This document shows positions 56,961 through 64,000 of a DNA stretch of 64,000 bases, piece by piece. Numbering within the stretch: position 1 is the first letter of the stretch; each line of letters begins with the position of its first letter. The DNA is from Eledone cirrhosa (taxonomy: Eukaryota): contig OZ024744.1 in the NCBI GenBank assembly GCA_964016885.1, forward strand, positions 19,468,001-19,532,000. Reading direction: 5' to 3'. The position numbers and the translations under genes are program-made. Below the pieces are notes generated by a model. It made no database searches. It was not told where the DNA came from and saw only the letters and a program-made list of their open reading frames with translations.

Positions 56961-59900
56961 TCCCATCTCCTTCCATTCGAATTAGAAACTATGAACTTAG
57001 CAAGTGAATGATAAACAAGCACATTATAAACGTAAACATGTAAGTATGTTTTTGAAACGGTGCGCTCGTTTGAAACTAGAAATTAGAAATGATAAGCTTT
57101 CACCGTATTTTAGACTAAAGAAATTTATAGCTTGATAGTGGGGATTATAACCCTCGGAGAAATGGAAAAAAGATGAGTGTTGCCATACATGGGAGTCGAA
57201 CCCACATATTTGGTTATCCAGACCACTGTGCTACCATTACACCAATACACATCCCATCTTCTTCCATTCGAATTAGAAGCTATGAACTTAGCAAGTGAAT
57301 GATAAACAAGCAAATTATAAACGTAAACATGTAAGTATGTTTTTGAAACGGTGCGCGAGTTTGAAATTAGAAATTAGAAATTATAAGCTTTCACCGGATT
57401 TTAGACTAAAGAAATGTATAGCTTGATAGTGGGGTTTATAACCCAAGGAGAAATGGAAAAAGATGAGTGTTGCCATACCTGGGAGTCGAACCTACATATA
57501 TTGTTATCCAGACCATTGTGCTACCATTACACCAATACACATCCCATCTCCTTCCATTCGAATTAGAAGCTATGAACTTAGCAAGTGAATGATAAACAAA
57601 CAAATTATAAACGTAAACATGTAAGTATGTATTTGAAACGGTGCGCTCGTTTGAAATTAGAAATTAGAAATTATAAGCTTTCACCGTATTTTAGAATAAA
57701 GAAATTTATAGCTTGATAGTGGGGTTTATAACCCTCGGAGAAATGGAAAAAAGATGAGTGTTGCCATACATGGGAGTCGAACCCACATATTTGGTTATCC
57801 AGAGCACTGTGCTACCATTACACCAATACACGTCCCATCTCCTTCCATTCGAATTAGAAGCTATGAACTTAGCAAGTGAATGATAAACAAGCACATTATA
57901 AACGTAAACATGTAAGTATGTTTTTGAAACGGTGCGCGAGTTTGAAATTAGAAATTAGAAATTATAAGCTTTCACCGTATTTTAGACTAAAGAAATTTAT
58001 AGCTTGATAGTGGGGATTATAACCCTCGCAGAAATGGAAAAAGATGAGTGTTGCCATACATGGGAGTCGAACCCACATCTTTGGTTATCCAGACCACTGT
58101 CCTACCATTAGACCAATACACATCCCATCTCCTTCCATTCGAATTAGAAGCTATGAACTTAGCAAGTGAATGATAAACAAGCAAATTATAAACGTAAACA
58201 TGTAAGTATGTATTTGAAACGGTGCGCTCGTTTGAAATTAGAAATTATAAATTATAAGCTTTCACCGTATTTTAGAATAAAGAAATTTATAGCTTGATAG
58301 TGGGGTTTATAACCCTCGGAGACATGGAAAAAGATGAGTGTTGCCATACCTGGGAGTCGAACCCACATCTCTGGTTATCCAGACCACTGTCCTACCATTA
58401 GACCAATACACATCCCATCTCCTTCTATTCGAATTAGAAGCTATGAACTTAGCAAGTGAATGATAAACAAGCAAATTATAAACGTAAACATGTAAGTATG
58501 TTTTTGAAACGGTGCGCTCGTTTGAAATTAGAAATTAGAAATTATAAGCTTTCACCGGATTTTAGACTAAAGAAATGTATAGCTTGATAGTGGGGTTTAT
58601 AACCCAAGGAGAAATGGAAAAAGATGAGTGTTGCCATACCTGGGAGTCGAACCTACATATATTGTTATCCAGACCATTGTGCTACCATTACACCAATACA
58701 CATCCCATCTCCTTCCATTCGAATTAGAAGCTATGAACTTAGCAAGTGAATGATAAACAAGCACATTATAAACGTAAACATGTAAGTATGTTTTTGAAAC
58801 GGTGCGCTCGTTTGAAATTAGAAATTAGAAATTATAAGCTTTCACCGTATTTTAGAATAAAGATATTTATAGCTTGATAGTGGGGTTTATAACCCTCGGA
58901 GAAATGGAAAAAAGATGAGTGTTGCCATACATGGGAGTTGAACCCATATATTTGGTTATCCAGACCACTGTGCTACCATTACACCAATACACGTCCCATC
59001 TCCTTCCATTCGAATTAGAAGCTATGAACTTAGCAAGTGTATGAAAAACAAGCAAATTATAAACGCAAACATGTAAGTATGTATTTGAAACGGTGCGCTC
59101 GTTTGAAATTAAAAATTAGAAATTATAAGCTCTCACCGTATTTTAGAATAAAGAAATTTATAGCTTGATAGTGGGGTTTATAACCCTCGGAGAAATGGAA
59201 AAAAGATGAGTGTTGCCATACATGGGAGTCGAACCCACATATTTGGTTATCCAGACCACTGTGCTACCATTACACCAATACACATCCCATCTCCTTCCAT
59301 TCGAATTAGAAGCTATGAACTTAGCAAGTGAATGATAAACAAGCAAATTATAAACGTAAACATGTAAGTATGTTTTTGAAACGGTGCGCTCGTTTGAAAC
59401 TAGAAATTAGAAATTATAAGCTTTCACCGTATTTTAGACTGAAGAAATTTATAGCGTGATAGTGGGGATTATAACCCTCGGAGAAATGGAAAAAGATGAG
59501 TGTTGCCATACATGGGAGTCGAACCCACATATTTGGTTATCCAGACCACTGTGCTACCATTACACCAATACACATCCCATCTCCTTCCATTCGAATTAGA
59601 AACTATGAACTTAGCAAGTGAATGATAAACAAGCACATTATAAACGTAAACATGTAAGTATGTTTTTGAAACGGTGCGCTCGTTTGAAACTAGAAATTAG
59701 AAATTATAAGCTTTCACCGTATTTTAGACTAAAGAAATTTATAGCTTGATAGTGGGGATTATAACCCTCGGAGAAATTGAAAAAGATGAGTGTTGCCATA
59801 CATGGGAGTCGAACCCACATATATTGATATCCAGACCACTGTCCTACCATTAGACCAATACACATCCCATCTCCTTCCATTCGAATTAGAAGCTATGAAC

Positions 59901-60635
59901 TGAGCAAGTGAATGATAGACAAGCAAATTATAAACGTAAACATGTAAGTATCTTTTTGAAACGGTGCACGAGTTTGAAATTATAAGCTTTCACCGTATTT
60001 TAGACTAAAGAAATGTATAGCTTGATAGTGGGGTTTATAACCCTAGGAGAAATGGAAAAAGATGAGTGTTGCCATACCTGGGAGTCGAACCCACATCTTT
60101 GGTTATCCAGACCACTGTCCTACCATTAGACCAATACACATCCCATCTCCTTCCATTCGAATTAGAAGCTATGAACTTAGCAAGTGAATGATAAACAAGC
60201 AAATTATAAACGTAAACATGTAAGTATGTTTTTGAAACGGTGCGCTCGTTTGAAATTAGAAATTAGAAATTATAAGCTTTCACCGTATGTTAGACTAAAG
60301 ATATTTATAGCTTGATAGTTGGGTTTATAACCCTCGGAGAAATGGAAAAAGATGAGTGTTGCCATACATGGGAGTCGAACCCACATATTTGGTTATCCAG
60401 ACCACTGTGCTACCATTACACTAATACACATCCCATCTCCTTCCATTCGAATTAGAAGCTATGAACTTAGCAAGTGAATGATAAACAAGCTAATTATAAA
60501 CGTAAACATGTAAGTATGTGTTTGAAACGGTGCGCGAGTTTGAAATTAGAAATTAGAAATTATAAGCTTTCACCGTATTTTAGACTAAAGAAATTTATAG
60601 CTTGATAGTGGGGATTATAACCCTCGGAGAAATGG

Positions 60636-60640
60636 AAAAA
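60636..60640 (-). terminator. Pol III oligo-dT terminator (representative; monomer positions 146-150, T5 or T6)
   Basis: The minus strand reads ...GGCA-ACACTCATC-TTTTT. The T tract lies 9 nt after the putative N73, the usual layout of eukaryotic tRNA genes. Confidence 0.7.
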
Positions 60641-60660
60641 GATGAGTGTTGCCATACATG

Positions 60661-60671
60661 GGAGTCGAACC
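60661..60671 (-). promoter_or_regulatory. Pol III B box (representative; monomer positions 171-181)
   Basis: GGTTCGACTCC matches the consensus GGTTCRANYCC at normal intronless-tRNA spacing from the A box. A subfamily reads GGTTCGAATCC (e.g. about 11109-11119). Confidence 0.85.
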
Positions 60672-60702
60672 CACATCTTTGGTTATCCAGACCACTGTCC
60701 TA

Positions 60703-60713
60703 CCATTAGACCA
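60703..60713 (-). promoter_or_regulatory. Pol III type-2 internal promoter A box (representative; monomer positions 213-223)
   Basis: TGGTCTAATGG (or TGGTGTAATGG) fits the A-box pattern TRGYNNARNGG at tRNA positions 8-19. Confidence 0.75.
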
Positions 60714-63700
60714 ATACACATCCCATCTCCTTCCATTCGAATTAGAAGCTATGAACTTAGCAAGTGAATGATAAACAAGTAAATTATAAACGTAAACATG
60801 TGAGTATGTTTTTGAAACGGTGCGCTCGTTTGAAATTAGAAATTAGAAATTATAAGCTTTCACCGTATGTTAGACTAAAGATATTTATAGCTTGATAGTG
60901 GGGATTATAATCCTCGGAGAAATGGAAAAAGATGAGTGTTGCCATACCTGGGAGTCGAACCCACATCTCTGGTTATCCAGACCACTGTCCTACCATTAGA
61001 CCAATACACATCCCATCTCCTTCCATTCGAATTAGAAGCTATGAACTTAGCAAGTGAATGATAAACAAGCAAATTATAAACGTAAACATGTAAGTATGTT
61101 TTTGAAACGGTGCGCGAGTTTGAAATTAGAAATTAGAAATTATAAGCTTTCACCGTATTTTAGACTAAAGAAATTTATAGCTTGATAGTGGGGATTATAA
61201 CCCTCGCAGAAATGGAAAAAGATGAGTGTTGCCATACATGGGAGTCGAACCCACATCTTTGGTTATCCAGACCACTGTCCTACCATTAGACCAATACACA
61301 TCCCATCTCCTTCCATTCGAATTAGAAGCTATGAACTTAGCAAGTGAATGATAAACAAGCAAATTATAAACGTAAACATGTAAGTATGTATTTGAAACGG
61401 TGCGCTCGTTTGAAATTAGAAATTATAAATTATAAGCTTTCACCGTATTTTAGAATAAAGAAATTTATAGCTTGATAGTGGGGTTTATAACCCTCGGAGA
61501 CATGGAAAAAGATGAGTGTTGCCATACCTGGGAGTCGAACCCACATCTCTGGTTATCCAGACCACTGTCCTACCATTAGACCAACACACATCCCATCTCC
61601 TTCTATTCGAATTAGAAGCTATGAACTTAGCAAGTGAATGATAAACAAGCAAATTATAAACGTAACCATGTAAGTATGTTTTTGAAACGGTGCGCTCGTT
61701 TGAAATTAGAAGTTAGAAATTATAAGCTTTCACCGGATTTTAGACTAAAGAAATGTATAGCTTGATAGTGGGGTTTATAACCCAAGGAGAAATGGAAAAA
61801 GATGAGTGTTGCCATACCTGGGAGTCGAACCCACATATTTTGTTATCCAGACCACTGTGCTACCATTACACCAATACACGTCCCATCTCCTTCCATTCGA
61901 ATTAGAAGCTATGAACTTAGCAAGTGAATGATAAACAAGCACATTATAAACGTAAACATGTAAGTATGTTTTTGAAACGGTGCGCTCGTTTGAAATTAGA
62001 AATTAGAAATTATAAGCTTTCACCGTATTTTAGACTAAAGAAATGTATAGCTTGATAGTGGGGTTTATAACCCAAGGAGAAATAGAAAAATATGAGTGTT
62101 GCCATACCTGGGAGTCGAACCCACATATTTTGTTATCCAGACCATTGTGCTACCATTACACCAATACACATCCCATCTCCTTCCATTCGAATTAGAAGCT
62201 ATGAACTTAGCAAGTGAATGATAAACAAGCAAATCATAAACGTAAACATGTAAGTATGTATTTGAAACGGTGCGCTCGTTTGAAATTAAAAATTAGAAAT
62301 TATAAGCTCTCACCGTATTTTAGAATAAAGAAATTTATAGCTTGATAGTGGGGTTTATAACCCTCGGAGAAATGGAAAAAAGATGAGTGTTGCCATACAT
62401 GGGAGTCGAACCCACATATTTGGTTATCCAGACCACTGTGCTACCATTACACCAATACACATCCCATCTTCTTCCATTCGAATTAGAAGCTATGAACTTA
62501 GCAAGTGAATGATAAACAAGCAAATTATAAACGTAAACATGTAAGTATGTTTTTGAAACGGTGCGCGAGTTTGAAATTAGAAATTAGAAATTATAAGCTT
62601 TCACCGGATTTTAGACTAAAGAAATGTATAGCTTGATAGTGGGGTTTATAACCCTAGGAGAAATGGAAAAAGATGAGTGTTGCCATACCTGGGAGTCGAA
62701 CCCACATCTTTGGTTATCCAGACCACTGTGCTACCATTACACCAATACACATCCCATCTCCTTCCATTCGAATTAGAAGCTATGAACTTAGCAAGTGAAT
62801 GATAAACAAGCAAATTATAAACGTAAACATGTAAGTATGTTTTTGAAACGGTGCGCTCGTTTGAAACTAGAAATTAGAAATTATAAGCTTTCACCGTATT
62901 TTAGACTGAAGAAATTTATAGCGTGATAGTGGGGATTATAACCCTCGGAGAAATGGAAAAAGATGAGTGTTGCCATACATGGGAGTCGAACCCACATATT
63001 TGGTTATCCAGACCACTGTGCTACCATTACACCAATACACATCCCATCTCCTTCCATTCGAATTAGAAACTATGAACTTAGCAAGTGAATGATAAACAAG
63101 CACATTATAAACGTAAACATGTAAGTATGTTTTTGAAACGGTGCGCTCGTTTGAAACTAGAAATTAGAAATTATAAGCTTTCACCGTATTTTAGACTAAA
63201 GAAATTTATAGCTTGATAGTGGGGATTATAACCCTCGGAGAAATGGAAAAAAGATGAGTGTTGCCATACATGGGAGTCGAACCCACATATTTGGTTATCC
63301 AGACCACTGTGCTACCATTACACCAATACACATCCCATCTTCTTCCATTCGAATTAGAAGCTATGAACTTAGCAAGTGAATGATAAACAAGCAAATTATA
63401 AACGTAAACATGTAAGTATGTTTTTGAAACGGTGCGCGAGTTTGAAATTAGAAATTAGAAATTATAAGCTTTCACCGGATTTTAGACTAAAGAAATGTAT
63501 AGCTTGATAGTGGGGTTTATAACCCAAGGAGAAATGGAAAAAGATGAGTGTTGCCATACCTGGGAGTCGAACCTACATATATTGTTATCCAGACCATTGT
63601 GCTACCATTACACCAATACACATCCCATCTCCTTCCATTCGAATTAGAAGCTATGAACTTAGCAAGTGAATGATAAACAAACAAATTATAAACGTAAACA

Positions 63701-64000
63701 TGTAAGTATGTATTTGAAACGGTGCGCTCGTTTGAAATTAGAAATTAGAAATTATAAGCTTTCACCGTATTTTAGAATAAAGAAATTTATAGCTTGATAG
63801 TGGGGTTTATAACCCTCGGAGAAATGGAAAAAAGATGAGTGTTGCCATACATGGGAGTTGAACCCATATATTTGGTTATCCAGACCACTGTGCTACCATT
63901 ACACCAATACACGTCCCATCTCCTTCCATTCGAATTAGAAGCTATGAACTTAGCAAGTGTATGAAAAACAAGCAAATTATAAACGCAAACATGTAAGTAT

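Larger units (their letters stand above)
60650..60720 (-). tRNA. Representative consensus tRNA-like copy, C12-G23 allele
   Basis: D stem GTCT/GGAC. Otherwise the same fold as the G12-C23 allele. Confidence 0.55.
160..63913 (-). ncRNA. Array of about 221 tRNA-like (tRNA-derived or pseudo-tRNA) Pol III units, one per monomer at monomer positions 160-230
   Basis: Minus-strand consensus: TGTGTAT-TG-GT(G/C)T-AATGGTA-G(C/G)AC-A-GTGGT-CTGGATA-ACCAA-A(G/T)AT-GTGGG-TTCGACT-CCCA(T/G)-GTATGGC-A. This has cloverleaf spacing with U8, A14, A15:U48, G18G19, U33, G53-T54-T55-C56-R57-A58 and C61. Expression cannot be shown from sequence. Confidence 0.8.
1..64000. repeat. Tandem satellite array, 290-bp monomer, about 221 copies, head-to-tail, continuing past both window ends
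   Basis: The monomer start AAATTATAAACGTAAACATGTAAG recurs at 1, 291, 581, 871, 1161, 1451, 1741 ... 63974. I saw no unique sequence and no orientation switch. The consensus has one HindIII (AAGCTT), one BstBI (TTCGAA) and one PciI (ACATGT) site per monomer. Confidence 0.99.

Noticed and set aside
60650-60720. Functional tRNA-Ser(GGA) gene
   Set aside because: It lacks the long variable arm and G73, has U37 and a poorly paired acceptor stem. Alternative readings as CTG (Gln) or TGG (Pro) anticodons break the stem register.
8987-63975. Repeated 62-94 aa minus-strand ORFs (MLVYHSLAKF...)
   Set aside because: They exist only in monomers with a 1-bp indel (T6 tract, anticodon-stem deletion or similar) that extends the frame past a stop. 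Most start at non-ATG codons, their C-termini differ by frameshift, they run through the tRNA-like unit, and they resemble no protein family I recognise.
1-64000. CRISPR array
   Set aside because: There are no unique spacers and no cas genes; the entire 290-bp unit is repeated.
1-64000. 5S rDNA, spliced-leader or snRNA tandem array
   Set aside because: I found no recognisable 5S, SL or U-snRNA sequence. The A/B-box spacing and arms match a tRNA-type (type 2) unit.
1-64000. Inserted transposon or full SINE copies
   Set aside because: There are no target-site duplications, poly-A or simple-repeat tails, terminal repeats or interruptions of the 290-bp phase. A SINE ancestry for the monomer cannot be excluded without a database search.

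Overview
The whole 64-kb window is one uninterrupted head-to-tail tandem array of a 290-bp monomer (about 221 complete copies by my indel tally, about 36% GC by hand count) that runs off both ends. It contains no credible protein-coding genes; all listed ORFs are by-products of 1-bp indels in the repeat. Each monomer carries, on the minus strand (monomer positions 160-230), a 71-nt tRNA-shaped unit. The unit has a Pol III A box (TGGTSTAATGG), a B box (GGTTCGACTCC), D, anticodon and T arms, most tRNA invariant bases, and a T5/T6 terminator 9 nt downstream. Its acceptor stem is weak and its anticodon loop is non-canonical (CT-GGA-TA). The two main alleles differ by a compensatory G12-C23 <-> C12-G23 swap in the D stem. 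The array is therefore best read as a eukaryotic tRNA-derived satellite, or a massively amplified tRNA-like Pol III transcription unit. It has nested higher-order duplications (5-, 8-, 11/13-, 14- and 19-mers) and regional monomer subfamilies. The organism cannot be identified from this sequence.
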